Source: the human T2T-CHM13v2.0 reference genome, Homo sapiens. Taken from it: a stretch of 64,000 nucleotides of DNA. Below are positions 49,481 to 64,000 of this stretch, one piece after another (the stretch's first letter is position 1; each line of letters opens with the position of its first letter). The translations under genes were made by a program, and so were the position numbers. Where the stretch lies: the NCBI RefSeq assembly GCF_009914755.1, contig NC_060926.1; one strand, written 5' to 3'. The notes beneath the pieces were generated by a model that saw nothing but the letters and a program-made list of their open reading frames with translations, was not told where the DNA came from and searched no databases.

Positions 49481-52144
49481 TACGTTGCTTTTCTTACATC
49501 TTGGCTATACCTATTCAGAAGATTCAAATGGGTAAGTGTAAGAAAAAATAAGGTTCTAATCCAAATCAACCTTTGATCATATTTTTCTGGAATAAATTCT
49601 AATTTGGTTCTCATTTTGCCCAGAACAGTTCCTGCCATATGGTAGACAATTAATAAATACTTTAATGAGTAATAAAAAATACAAATCGTTCCAGGATTGC
49701 AAGAGGCTAGAGTACTAAAGTGACTCAAGTTAAATTTAGCACGGTCTCAGGAATTTGGTAATTTCTAGGGTAAGTCTCAGACATATATCTGAGAGGAGTC
49801 AACACATTTGAAACTCCCATTGTGACATTCTAATTATCCCATTCATCTGAAGGCTGATATATGAGATTTGTTTATAAGAAACCTCCTTAGAAAATTAACT
49901 ATGTTGTTGTTTGTTTCCTTTGTTTCCTATCCTCTTTAATAAGACTATAAATGTTCAAGAATAAATAGGCAATAGTCCACAGGTGATAGTTAACCTCTTT
50001 CCTTCTGACTCTTATAGTAAGAAATGCAACAGCCCAATTAGATGCTGGTGAATGCTCAATCCCTTTTCCTGGAGAGAAGCCATTAAGCCTGCTCTGCTGA
50101 GCTCCATGAGATCACATGTTATTAAACTTCGTCTTTGCCATTCACCTGAGACACTAACTTATAGGCAATCCAAGAATGAGTTGTGACAGCCTGTCTCTCT
50201 ACCCAGGTGGTAATGCTTAGTGCCATTCCCAATGTACATAAAGGAGATGTCTCTGTTGTGGTATCTTAATAGATCCTGTAGTTCCCACATGTTTTGGTAA
50301 CTGTTTGATATAATTACTGTGTCTCATAAAAAATAAATTTTTTTTAATACAGTAATACTCCAGCCTGCTGTGCTGCTTCACTTCAAGATAACTTATGGCT
50401 ACTGGGTTCCTCTGTACAATATTGGTCCATAGCAATAATAAAGTTGTCAACAAGAGGCTATGATAGACCACTTTGCATTATTCTAACTGCCTTTTTGTAT
50501 TATAACTGTTTGCAACTTTATGAGGTCTTCATAAATATGATCAATTGCAATAATAAAGTGTTAAGGCATTTGTGGCAGCTTATTTTTCTCCACCTCAAAA
50601 CAGGAGCTGCCTTGCTTGTTGGTCTAATGTCTGTGATTGCATCCTTGACTGCCTGTAGAGCTCTGCGCCGTGAAAGGAGCAACCAACTTAGCTTCCACAG
50701 TTGCTCTCTGGCTTTCAGGAATTCAGTGATTTATTCATGTAACTGTAAACCCAGCAGGTCCAAAAAATAGAGGGATAACTTTTGTGTCCTACATAAACAA
50801 GGAGAAGCAAGTCAAGCACTCCATACAAGCACATTTTTTCCAATATTAGAAAGTTATGGATCATATTTTGTTATTGGAGTAATTTACTTGAAATTATTTG
50901 TTTTCATTATGCAAATGACTTACGAAAATGTGTCAATTTTACTTAAAAATAATAGAAAAATATATATCAGCAAAAATGGTAAAGTTGCCAAAAGAGATAC
51001 CTCCAAAAAGAGAGACAGTGTGACGATATTCGCAGTGAGAAATGTAGTCTGTTTTTTAAAATAGATAATCCTGATGATATTTGAAGTGTTACAAAGTGAT
51101 AGGGGAAATAGTGCTCTCCTATTTTCATTGTGGAGGAAACACAGTCCCCAAGCATGACACTGATAGTACAATAAAAGCCCCAAAGACCACAGCACTTTTT
51201 AGACCATCTGTGTTGCTTCTTTAAAAATATTTTTTGTCTTTCCTGAAATAAATACAGATGGCTTCATTCTTCTCTTTTCCAGAAATACTTTGCCCAAATC
51301 CTCAAACATTCATAAACTAAAAAAGTGAATTATATGTAGGCCAAATTACTTTCACTTATTCATTCAAAAATAATAAAGAAATAAGCAAATAAGCAAATTA
51401 ATTAAATCAATAATTTAAATGGTAAAGCAACTAATTTATGAAGTAGTATACTTTAGGTTTTTATGTAAAATTTTACATACAGGAGAATTAATTTATTTTG
51501 TTAATAATTATATATATTAAGCTGCAGTTTAATGAAACAATTGCATTGCAAATTAGGAAAGCTTCCATGTACACACAATTTGACAGGTTTTCAATGAACA
51601 AGAAAAATATTTGTAGTCTACAATATATTTATATTAATTAAACACTTTTTCTGTGTCTATGCTCCTATAGCATAAAGTGTAGAAATAAATTTCAGCAAAT
51701 TAAATATCATGCTTTGAACTATACCGTTATTTTATACTTCCTGACTTACCAAATTATTTTGGCAGAAAGTTACAAAATTAATAAATAATGTATACCCTTA
51801 AAAATTAACATAGTTGTATTTTGTGTTCATTAACCATCTAATTAAGACTGGGATAATTTTTTCTAAATGATATGATTTTAAATTAGTTATATTCAATATG
51901 TCAGTAAGTCATCTCCTGATTACTATCCTGTGACCTGTCTCACAGTTCTCTGACTCTTGTGGGCACACTTATACTACGTGGTTCCAAGTTTAGGACAGAA
52001 ATCTTGGGATTTCCCAGTATTCACGTAAAGCTCAAGCAGCTGAGAACTCTGTCTGGAATTATGTGTGAACTATTTAATTTCTGGCACGTCAATGTGGGAT
52101 GTAGAAAAGATATCTAAGGAACAGAGGTGTTTTAATACAATAAT

Positions 52145-52345
52145 CTTCAGTGGCAAAGAACACTGGGTTCTGGAATCAAGTCCTGGTTCATATTCCAACT
52201 CTGGTCCTGACTCACTAGGTGCTACTTGCAAGAAGAAGAATTTGGGCACAAAGCCAAAAAAAAAAAAAAAAACTTTCTGATAATTACAATTAACTAAAAA
52301 TGTAGTGCATTGAGAAAAGAAGTTTTCCATCACTGAAGGTGCATG
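52145..52345 (+). mobile_element. MIR SINE
   Basis: cagtggcaaagaacactgggttctggaatcaagtcctggttcatattccaactctg. Confidence 0.7.
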
Positions 52346-53459
52346 ATAAATGTCTGAGTAAATACACACACACACAGATGTAGCTAGAATAAAAGCATGA
52401 ACATGTGGTTGGGGCTCATGCCTTCTCTCTCATGCAGATTCTGTTAAAGAAAAAGAGCACCACCCCCCCATCACTTAATCATTTCTCTTTCCTCACCACA
52501 TTTCATCTCATGCACTCTACATCCTGACTGCCTGCTATTCCAAATTATCAAATTATTTTAAATAGATAGTAACTCTAAAGGTGGAGGGCAAGTGTGGGTT
52601 GGAAAAAAATTACTGCTTTTTACATCATTCATAAGAAATATGGACTTTTGCAATCACTGTCAAAAGAGGAGTTAGAATTACTTAATTTTTACTTTAATTA
52701 TCTCTCTATATTATGTTCCTTTATAAGCTCTACAAGTTCAAGGATGCAGATAATTTGGACACTATCCAGGAAGAAGCAGTGAAAATTATTAAGACGCTGG
52801 GAAATCATCTCTGTTATTAAAGAATGAAATAATTGGAGAGACTATGTATTAGCAATATGCGTTTTCACGTATGCATAAGGCATATAGTCACTTTTTTCTA
52901 GATCATTCCCAAGAATAAGTAAAAAAGATTGGATTAAATTGTTTCATAATTGTGAGTATACACTCTTTTAAAAAATATGAATATAAATTGGACATCAGAA
53001 AAAAGATTTAGGATAGTAGATTCCTCCATATTTATTTTAAAAAGGCTTCTTTAAAGAGAAAATACATCATTCACTGCATAACAAAAATACTGGTGGAAGT
53101 AAAATTAAGTATGTATAAACATTTAAGGAGTTTCTTCCAAGTGAAGAGCAAGTAAAAGCAGAAAATAATACATCTTCCCTGAAATTGTAATTTACACCCA
53201 TGAATATATTACTCAATAGCTTAATACAACTGAATAGGTTATTGTGTTCTCTCTTTTGAGCCTGTGCTCAATTTAATGGATGTTTAATTTGTACATATAT
53301 TTATGAATAAATATTTGCAAATGAAACCAGAGGTCAAAATGGAGGCATTCAAGTATATTTTCTTACTGCCACAAACTGTTGCAGTGTCAAAATTTAGAAA
53401 CTGCAAGATTCGACATGAAAACATAGATATCTGTCTTCTCTGTGTAAAAAAAAATTCTG

Positions 53460-53803
<344 letters not shown>

Positions 53804-54188
53804 TTAGGTGGAAATGAGTAGCTGAAGTTGGGCAACAGCATCTACCCTTGAGATAGGTCACGTGTGATTTTCTTCATCATGAATTTCTTCATTCCCTGTT
53901 ATGTATCAAAGAAAAAAACAAGAAATTGTTTTTCATCTTAGAGCAGTTCCATTTAACCAGTTTATCAATTTGTCCTCTATATTCATTTATTTGAAATTGC
54001 TGATGTAACATGTTTTGTGTTTTCACATACCCCATAATTCTGCAACAATTCTATCTGTACTGTTTTTGAGTCGGGAAGTTCTCATCATAAGACATATACT
54101 TGTGAGTGAAAAAAAAAATTTCCAAAAGGTAGTTGGAAAATACTGGCATTTGACGCGTGGAGAGATTAAGGTATTGCTATACTGCTGA

Positions 54189-54497
<309 letters not shown>

Positions 54498-54614
54498 ACT
54501 ACTAAAACAACTCTTATTTTTATTCATTTATTTTTCATCATATTTTAATACTTGTTATGTGGACACGATTCTGCATTTTCATTTTCCATATTTTTAAAAT
54601 CTACTTTCCTTTTA

Positions 54615-54870
54615 ACACTTATTTAACAAATATCTAATGAGCAATTACTATGCTACATAATCTTGGTACTGGGCAAAAAGGCATGAATAAACCACTTTGT
54701 CCTCATGTAACTTGTATTCTAGTGGGGAAGTCACACAATGAGCAAGATAGATAAGTCAATTATTTAACATTTTAGATAATTTTAAGTGCAGAAAAGAAAA
54801 AAAACTAAATGGAGGAAAAGGTGTTATAAAATGTCAGAATAATAATTAAAATTTTACATAGGCCAGACAG
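54615..54870 (-). mobile_element. L2 3' fragment
   Basis: atttaacaaatatctaatgagcaattactatg..ttgtcctcatg..attctagtgggga. Confidence 0.65.
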
Positions 54871-55854
54871 GAAATTAGCTAACTCTTAATATGAAACTAA
54901 CTCTTCAATCAAGATCTGGTTAAATTAAATGAGTTAGTTGAACAAATGATACCTAATTATATACTTGTTCAATTTTGCTACATATTATGCATTGCTATCT
55001 ATGTTATTTGCATTAATTTACCAAATGGAACACTGTAATTCATTTTCCAAAAATGATATTGCTGGAATTTTATACTGTTGCAAAATGTTACAATTTTAGA
55101 AATTATACAAAAACAACAAAGGAAATACATCTTAATTTGGGTAATGACAATGTTGGTAAATACATATATAAAAGGTCTTTGGGCTCTACATACAAGATGT
55201 ATGCACTTTTAGTTATGATACACCTGGGTTAAAAAATAAAAGCAATAATAATATCTGGTAGTAGTAGTAGTAGTACTATTCCTTTAATACCTTTACTATT
55301 ACCAGCCCTAAGGCCACTACCCAATCATCCAAAGTTTCATCTTGAGCATTTGTTATCTCTCAGGCATATATGGGAGACTTTACATTCATTATTTTATTTG
55401 ATATTTATTTAAAAACTTTGAAATTGGCAGGATCATTCCTAGTTTACATAGTAGGATGCTAAGATGCAGATACATGAAGCAACTTGTATTTAAAATGAAG
55501 TATATGTAAAATAATGTCACACTTTTCATGAGTATTATTTGCAAAAGTAGGCATTTTCTAATGAAATAGCTTATTTGTGTTCACATATAATGAGCTATAG
55601 TATTATTTTAAAATGAATTTACAAGTAAATATTCTTTACATGTCTCAGTTTTAATTCATAATTCATAATGTGTTAAACATACAGTGGTGAAAAATAATAC
55701 AAGATGAGTCCACAAATCTTCACTGTAGTGGGTGAGAGAGACATCTGAAGTTTTATTAACTAATGCTTTTTAAATTAGCTATTATATGTCTTCTATGTCT
55801 GGGATAAATTTTTATGTGTTTTCTCCTGAGGTATTGGGAAATAACCACATAAGG

Positions 55855-56334
55855 CATGGTTCTCAAGCTTCTGTGTCTCAGGACACTTTATTACTCCTAA
55901 ATTTATTGAAGACTTCAAGGAGCTTCTATTTTTATCAGTTGTATATTTCACACATTAGGAATTAAAAGACATGTAAATAATATTTACTTATAAATTCATT
56001 TTAAAATAATACCGTAACTCATCATATGCTAACACAAATAACTTATTTTATTGGAAAATGTCTATATTTTCCAAATAATAATCATGAAAGAAGGGACATT
56101 ATTTTACATTTTTAAAAATGCCTCTGATGTCAGGCTTCTCAAGTGCAACCGAATTCTCGTATCTGCTTCTGCATTCACTGTGTTTCAATATCTCACACCA
56201 TAGAGGCTTGGGATATCTCCCTGTACATTCATGAAAGAATAAATGAATGAAAAAATGTATCTTTAGTATTATTGAGAAAATAGTTTTGACCTTGCAGACC
56301 TCCTGCAACGGAGACCGTGCTATAAGAATTGCTG
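55855..56334. mobile_element. hAT-Charlie1-family DNA transposon fossil
   Basis: ggttctcaagct..gtctcaggacactt..attgaagacttcaaggagctt; aattctcgtatctgcttctgcattca; aaaatagttttgacctt. Confidence 0.75.
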
Positions 56335-56671
56335 TTCTAAGGTAAACTGCATGAGATTATGTGAGGAAGGCACTTTGGAGGACAAGAAAAGGAATAACAA
56401 ATGTAACAATGGAGTTGAAAGGCAATTTATTTGTTATTTATATAGGGAAATCACTAGTAGTGTCGAGTGAAATCTGGTGATTCAGTCATTTGAGGAAATC
56501 TGGTACTAACCACCTACATCACCTTTGGTGTGTCACATAAACACTCCAGGGACTTAATTTAAAAATAAGGAAGTTGAATTTTTTCCTCAAGATCCCCATA
56601 CAACATAAAGGTTCTATCATTTTGCAAAATCTAAATGTTCTTTAGATTTCTTTCCACAGCTATCTGGAAGG

Positions 56672-56676
<5 letters not shown>

Positions 56677-56703
<27 letters not shown>
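56677..56703. repeat. (TA)n microsatellite
   Basis: Directly visible. Confidence 0.95.
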
Positions 56704-57717
56704 CAGTTGAAGGCTAACTACAGAAATAGTAACATGTTTTGGAGCATAATTTTTCTACTTACACCTGACATATTAGCCTTATCTGAGAAGGCTTCTGAGA
56801 GTCTCATGAGAAGCAGAGGTCTTTAGTGTGAGAGAATAGGGATAAAGGAATTTTGAATCTGTAATAGGTCCCCAGAACAGTAGAATTTAAGCCCTTTAAG
56901 AATCAGGAGTGAATGTTAAGCCATTTAGCCTGGAAGGGCATAGAATTCACTCCCAGATAGAGTATACCAATGACACCTGGGATCTGCCTAGGTATAATTT
57001 GAGAACTCTGTGGTCCTGATCATTTCTGAGGCATTTCTAAACACAACTAGCACTCACATAACAATATATGCAGTTATCATTTTATCTGAATGTTATATCC
57101 TTTTAATACATAATTTGTACCCATTCAGGTGTTCTATTCTCTCCCCTACATTCTCATTTTGGGCTCTATTTAATCAATTGAGCTAGGTGAATTTCTAAGT
57201 TGTACATGCATTTCTAATATCCATTTACAAAATACCTACCATTTTCTGAATGATAGAAGTTATTTTTCTTGTATTTTTATTCAAGTAGCATCCTTTCCCG
57301 CTTTGCCTAGTTTATAAACACAGAAAATGAAGGAGATTTTAGCCAATTTGTCAAGTCAATATTTTTCCTTCACAAAAAGTATCTAACAATTTAATAATGT
57401 ATTATTATGTATTATATAATTGAGTATAACCTTATACCTTAGGAGTCTTGAAAAATGAAATTCAATAGAATGAATATCCTTCTAAACCATCTGTCCATCA
57501 ATTGTAAGAATGCATATTCTTCCAAACCATCTGTCTGTTAGCAGTTCTTGCTATAAAAATGAAAAACTTGGCTAAACAAAAACAACTGAATGTGTGCTAA
57601 TTTCATTAATAAACATAACTGGTACACAATGGAAAATGATGGAAAAGGAGAAAACAAAGAAAATAAATTATGCTAAATATGTAGATTAATTTACAGAGAG
57701 TCAAAACCTTTGTATGG

Positions 57718-58181
57718 TGTCAACCTAAATAATAAACACAGAGAAATACTCTAAAAGAAAATAATATTTATTTGGGAATAGGGCATTGCAATGAGACTAT
57801 GAGTACCATAATAAACTATGTATGCTTTCAAAGAGGTAATGAAAGACAAAAGTTCTTAGAGAAAAAAAATGAGGAAGGTCACATAATTGTTTTGAGATAA
57901 TTGTCCTTGGCTACAAGGATCAATAACAAGAGCTGCACCAATCTGAGCTTAAACAGGCACTTGCAGGGCAGATGTCCTCACAGGCATATTTCTTTGTTTA
58001 AGATTTTGATGGCCTTTGTGCAAGGTTGCTATTTTTGCAGTCATTTGTGATCATTTTTGTTATCAGCGATTTATTCATGACAGCCCTCCCTTCACGGCTT
58101 TCCTGAGCTCTATTTGTCAAGCTTGCTGATTTGTTTGTTTTTAACACAAGTGACACCATTTTGATTCTAACAACTTTCACA
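57718..58181 (-). mobile_element. ERV1 solo LTR (MER65-like)
   Basis: tgtcaacctaaata...ttttgattctaacaactttcaca (TG..CA termini); 4-bp TSD atgg at 57714 and 58182. Confidence 0.85.
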
Positions 58182-58630
58182 ATGGCTAGTTCTCCACATT
58201 TTCAACTTCTGTTTTATGACCCTAGCTTAGTCAAGGTTTCTTCTGTTTTTCAAATAAGTCCCACAGATTTCTCGCTGAATTTATTTGTAGTTATTTCTCT
58301 CCCTCATTTTTATGGCTACTGGGAAAAAAGAATTTTTCTCCAAAATTCGTAACCAATTACTCTAGATATATAGCAAAGATAATTATTCAGGAAGTTTATT
58401 TTTTAATTAGCTGTGCTAATAAATTATAACTTCTACTTTTTCAAGTCTGTTTTGTTTGGTTCAAGATAAGTAATGATGTATCCAGAAAATAATAAATATT
58501 TGCCTAAATACGGTTATCTTTGTTGTTTTGAATGACTTATTTTACTACATAGCACTTTCAAAATTATGTTAAATAAGAAGGGATTTATAGCAAATGTTTT
58601 ATTAGAAGCTAAAATTATTTGTTTCTCTTA

Positions 58631-59044
<414 letters not shown>

Positions 59045-61214
59045 TCACTGACCTCTCTTCAAAGAAGTAGTCACCATTAAACTTTCAAGTCTTCAGGATG
59101 TTTTCATCCATCTTTATTTTTCCACTACCCAAATAAGAAAACATCTGTCCAAATTTAGTTTAATTTACTCTAATTGCTTTCTATCATCTATGAAGGTTCT
59201 AGAGCCAGCCAAGTATATTATTATCAGCAGGGGCTCGAAGCCACTGTATAAAGAAAGTGTCCTGACACTGCCACCCATTAGCTCTAAGATTTTGGGTATT
59301 TTCTCAACATCCTATGTGCTGGTTTCCTCGTCTGGAAAATTAAGATAGTCATAGTTGTACCTCCACCTTAGCTATGTAGCAGGTTAAATGGATTACATAT
59401 TTTAAATATGATTATTAACTAACTTAATATATAGATTTTATAATTAAAATATTGTACATATATTATCTCATTTATATTATATACAATATAATATATATTA
59501 TTTTTTATATATTATTATAAGTGCTCTAAGATCTAGCTATATTTATTAATCCTTATCACAAATATTGTTCAATTTCTAATTAATGAGTCCAAATCCCAAT
59601 CCAACACTGAGTTTCTTCCAGACATACTTAAATTCCTCTTTCTATTGCCTAGATTGATGGCATTACAGATCACCTTTCTTTCCGGGACTGTTCATACTCT
59701 AAACTATTTTTCTGCAAATAAGAATGTGAGCACTCACTAGAGAAAGTATGCAAGACAATCCGTTGGAATTTCTAAGGACAATATTAGAGCTTATAATTAC
59801 TTTATGTTTAAAAAGTAAGAAAAACATTAAGATGTGTTAATATTTGATTTGAGTTTTGACACTACTACCTACACTTTGCGAAGTCCCCCAATCAGGCATG
59901 GGGGCAAAGGTGTCCCAAAGGAAGAATGAAAGTTTCACACCCCTGAGGAGTTTAACAACAGTATTCACTGAGAACAACATATGCCTGAGCAATAGGTTTA
60001 TAGATTGGATAATCTCATTTAAGAAGACTAAACCTCACGAAATGGAGAAGCAACTTGCTTGCAAGCTCTCTTTCAAGGAAACTTCTAATTTAAGATAATA
60101 TGAATGATGCCAGCAGGAGAGAATGAGAAGAAAATGATTGAGCTGATATTTCTGCTCCCAATGTGAGTTCTACCTCAGTCTTGTCATTAGGAAACAACAA
60201 TGACATATAATTAGATCTGAGGAGCAAGCCCCTCAGGTTATGAAGAATATGATTAGGAGTAACCCTTGCCCTGAGCATATTAGCATGGTTGGAGACAGAC
60301 GGTAATGGTTACATGAAGCAGTAGGTGGGATCTATAAACCAAACATCCAGCTCAGAAAAACTAAGCTATGAAATCTGATTCATTCACCAATTTCTAAGCC
60401 ATAGGACATGCAATCTGATTTTTAAAAAGTAATGAACCTTTACTTGTGATGTCTTACGCAAAAACAAAAGACAAAAAGCTTACGTATTTGGGTAAGCCCT
60501 TGATCTTTCTGCCATCATAATAGTGACTGAAATAATAGAAAACCTGGTGACAAATGAACATGTGTTATTTTGGGGCAAATACTGTCCAAATAATCAGAAA
60601 ACATTGCTAAAGAATATAAAAAAAAGTGTTAGTACAAATCGTGAACTCTCAGAGGTCTGCTCTATAGTTGAATAAAAGTGCAGGTATAACAAAGAACTAC
60701 ATTTTGCAAGCACTAGAAGGAAGATTAACAATGAAAATATATTTTCAACAGTAAATTATTTCATTAATAAAAACGCTTGTATGAGAAAAACTGGGTTCTT
60801 GTAACTATAAATAGAATGCATTGAATAAAATAAAATGACTCTGGGTTAACAATGCAAAGATTATAACACGTGAAATTCATTAGAAGGCAAGCCATTACAA
60901 GAATAAAGATGAAGTCAGAGGGGTACAAAGCGTTAGTGGTTGCCATGGAAAGTGTTGAAGTTTATAAAACCATAAGTTATTAAATACAGCAATTTTTATA
61001 GTACTATGAAATTAGGTGGGGCTAACCATGAAAATTCTTTGTACAGCACAAATTTTACTGATGTCTCTTGGTAAGGTTCTTAAAGCACTGTTAAACTTAG
61101 AATGAGATGTGGTTTTATTTTTCCTTGAGCAGAGACACATGTTCCAAATTTGCTGTCCTTTTCTGTATTAGCAAGTAGCTGTCATTCATATTCTACTCAG
61201 AACATACACTTTTC

Positions 61215-62130
61215 TTAAATTTCAACTTGGAAATAATTTCAGACTCACATAATATTGAAAATATGGTGCAGAAAGTTCATGTACACCCTTTACTTCACTT
61301 TCCCTAAGCTAATATGTTATACAGCCATAGTATATTTAAGACAACGAAATCAACATTAATACAATAATATTATTAACTAAGCTATAGACTTTATTTGAAT
61401 TTCACCATTTTTCTCCTAATATATTTTTATATTTTGTCCTATGTTCCAGCATCCAATCCAGAATTTGACATTGCATTTAATTTTTCATATCTCCTTAGTC
61501 TTCTCTCATCCTTAACAGCTCCTCATCCTTTCCTTCCCTCTCATGATCTTGACATCTTCGATTAACCTTAGTCAGTTTGGGTTAGCCCAGTGTTTTCTCT
61601 TTACTAGAATATTATGCATTTTTGTTAAAATAACACAGAAGTTATGTTGTGCCTCTCTCAGGCACATTATATCACCGTGTCTTATTACCATTGATGCTTA
61701 CTTGGATCACCTGGGTAAGGCGGTGCCTACCAAGTTTCTCCACCATAATGTTAAAACTTTTTTTCTTTGTAATGGTTAAATATTAATTAAATAAATTAGT
61801 AATACAGATATGGCTTTTGAGACAATACAGATATGGCTTTATTCCTCCCATTTTGCATACTGACTTGGTCATTCATCAGCAGATCTTGCTGGCAACAATT
61901 ATCACTGTGTCCTACACATAATGATTTCAGATTTCCCTCATTCCTTTTATATTATGAATTGGAATTGTTCTGTAAGAAAGCTGTCCCTTATCTCTTATTT
62001 CTTTATTCAATTATTTATTTATATCCTTATGAACTCACAGATATTTATTTATTCTGTGTTATCCAATACTACTACTTATTTTGTCATTCCATTTGTTCAT
62101 TTTGGGTTATGAGCTTTTTTGACACGGGAC
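61215..62130 (-). mobile_element. L1MC-like 3' UTR fragment
   Basis: ttggaaataatttcagactcaca..aaatcaacattaatacaata..tagactttatttgaatttcacca..tccaatccagaa..cattgcattta is a reverse-complemented L1MC 3' end. Confidence 0.75.
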
Positions 62131-62132
62131 GA

Positions 62133-62206
62133 TTTTTTTTTTTTTGAGACAGAGTCTCGCTCTGTTTCCCAGGTTGGAGTGCAGTGGCGCGATCTCAGCT
62201 CACTGC
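62133..62206 (-). mobile_element. Severely 5'-truncated Alu (about 60 bp plus tail)
   Basis: T tract plus gagacagagtctcgctctg..ctcactgc; degenerate TSD gaca(c/t)ggg....ttttt. Confidence 0.9.
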
Positions 62207-62523
62207 GACATGGGCTGGTTTTTTTTCAGCACTCTCTAATTCCTAGATTATATACTAAAAAATAAAAAAAAAATCATCTAATCTTTTAAAGTTAGAGTGA
62301 CATTTTTATCACAAATGAGAAAGAGTAACTTTTTTAAAAGAAGGACATCAAGCATTTGCAAATGCTTGGTAATCTTTCCATTTCAAAATGACTTTGTTAC
62401 CAAAAATTATGCAACTGTATTATCTATAAAAAGTCATATTTGTGCATTTAAATTGAGAAACAAAAGACTCTAATCTAGTCAAAATCATCCAGAGAAGGAC
62501 CTAACAATAAAGGTTTGCAATGA

Positions 62524-62683
62524 TTTTTATTTATTTATTTACATTTTAATTATTACTTTTCTTTGCAGAGATGGTGTCTCACTATGTTGTCCAGGCTATA
62601 CTGGAACTCCTGTTCTCAAGCAGTCCTCCTGCCTCGGGCTCCCAAACTGCTGGAATTACAGGAGTGAGCCATCGTGCCTGGCC
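62524..62683 (-). mobile_element. FLAM_C / free left Alu monomer
   Basis: agagatggtgtctcactatgttgtccaggct..ctcaagcagtcctcc..gtgcctggcc with its own tail; TSD aggttt(t)gca(a/g)tgattttt. Confidence 0.88.
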
Positions 62684-64000
62684 TAGGTTTTGCAGTGATT
62701 TTTAAATTTGCTTCTTAAAAACACAAAAATGCAATATGTTTAACTTACTCGGTAAGCAAACCTTTTTATCATAATTACACAAGTTTTCTAAACAGATTTG
62801 CACATAAAACTTTAGATAATAGATAGAAAGAAATAAAAAATAAGTGGCCTAGTTTATTAAGTAGCACGAATGAATTACTTTTTCCCTTTAGATCTTTGTG
62901 CCTTTATAGAGTATCATTTTCGGTTATGACAGATGATAAAACCATGTAGAGAAATAAAATGAACTTACAACCAAATATTGGAGCCACTGTAACACAAACC
63001 ATCCAATCAATATTTTCAATTTACAGAATACATTTAATCAAATTAATCTCACTAAAACTATTGAAGAGTTTTATGTCATTAACAATGTAACAGGGATCTT
63101 TAACTCACATTTTGTACCTACCTCATGTAAGTAATATAATAAAATAGTACCTATATAATTCATAAGTAAATATGAATGTGATGAATATATTTGGTTAATC
63201 TTTTTAATTATGAAATAATCAAAAATATTGTAAAGATATACAGACATTAAAGATATACAGATACTACTAGAAAAACTACAGTTATACATATAAAATAATA
63301 TTGGTTCTTGTCCTCTCTTGTCTGCAGTAAAGGCTACTATAGGAGTTACACCTTGAAAGGAGAATTTTAAACTTTGTTCCTGTTTGGGCCCTGTGTCCCG
63401 ACAGTTGTTTCCTGGTAGTTGAGTATCTATAAATAGATGGGAGCAGGGGAACAGGGATAGTAGTCTTTTACCTGGTTTCAGAGTATGCCAATGGAAAGGG
63501 TGATTTACAATATCATTTCAGGATGATGATAGTCTCAAGAGAAGATTTGGTGGCAGCTTCTTAAATGAAACACAAATGAGTTCCTTTTCATTCTCTTTTT
63601 AAATCTGGTGGCTTAATTAGAACATCATTCCAATTTTTCAAATGATGTTGAGCATCAGTTTTATATTGTAGTGTTGTAAATATTTGTGTTTTGTTGTGGT
63701 TATTATCAGATCTTCAATAGAATTTTAGTAATAAAAGGGAAAATAAGCAATTGTAATAAGGTAAAGGACTAGAGCACTGAAAATGTGTATTAGGTTTTTA
63801 TTTTCTATAAACATTTTCAGTATCTTTCTACAAAATTAATTGTAAGAAAGTTAATTTGAAAGAAATACACTTTCTTACAAAAGCTTTCCAATCTGAGATA
63901 ATTCTAACTGTATTAAGCTAATTAAAAAGATACCCCAAACTGACTCATCTCAGTTAAGATTCAGAACATAAATGACAAAATTTCCTGCATAGACTTTCTT

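Noticed and set aside
50444-50770. 108-aa ORF in unique sequence
   Set aside because: Non-ATG start, no recognisable domain and no clear splice sites; length is compatible with chance
63840-63880. 12-bp inverted repeat ttgtaagaaagt/actttcttacaa (and similar small hairpins at about 49775 and 55255)
   Set aside because: Short AT-rich stems are near chance expectation and have no supporting context

Overview
AT-rich, CpG-depleted primate genomic DNA, almost certainly human because it carries an AluYb-lineage insertion. It looks intronic or intergenic. No intact protein-coding gene, RNA gene or CRISPR array can be supported: the supplied ORFs are chance frames or fall in Alu, L1, LTR or microsatellite sequence. 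Much of the window is layered, often nested, interspersed repeats: about 11 Alu/FLAM elements, L1PA/L1PB/L1MA/L1MC fragments, L2, MIR, MaLR and ERV solo LTRs, and hAT DNA-transposon fossils. Family names were assigned from memory of consensus sequences, so subfamily calls are approximate. I found no new multi-gene biological system. The most notable unexplained structures are (1) three independent short same-strand copies of unique sequence from 1.6-2.7 kb upstream that are pasted into older repeats, (2) a perfect 78-bp spacerless palindrome at 42506-42583, (3) two very young Alu insertions, and (4) several non-B-DNA-prone tracts.
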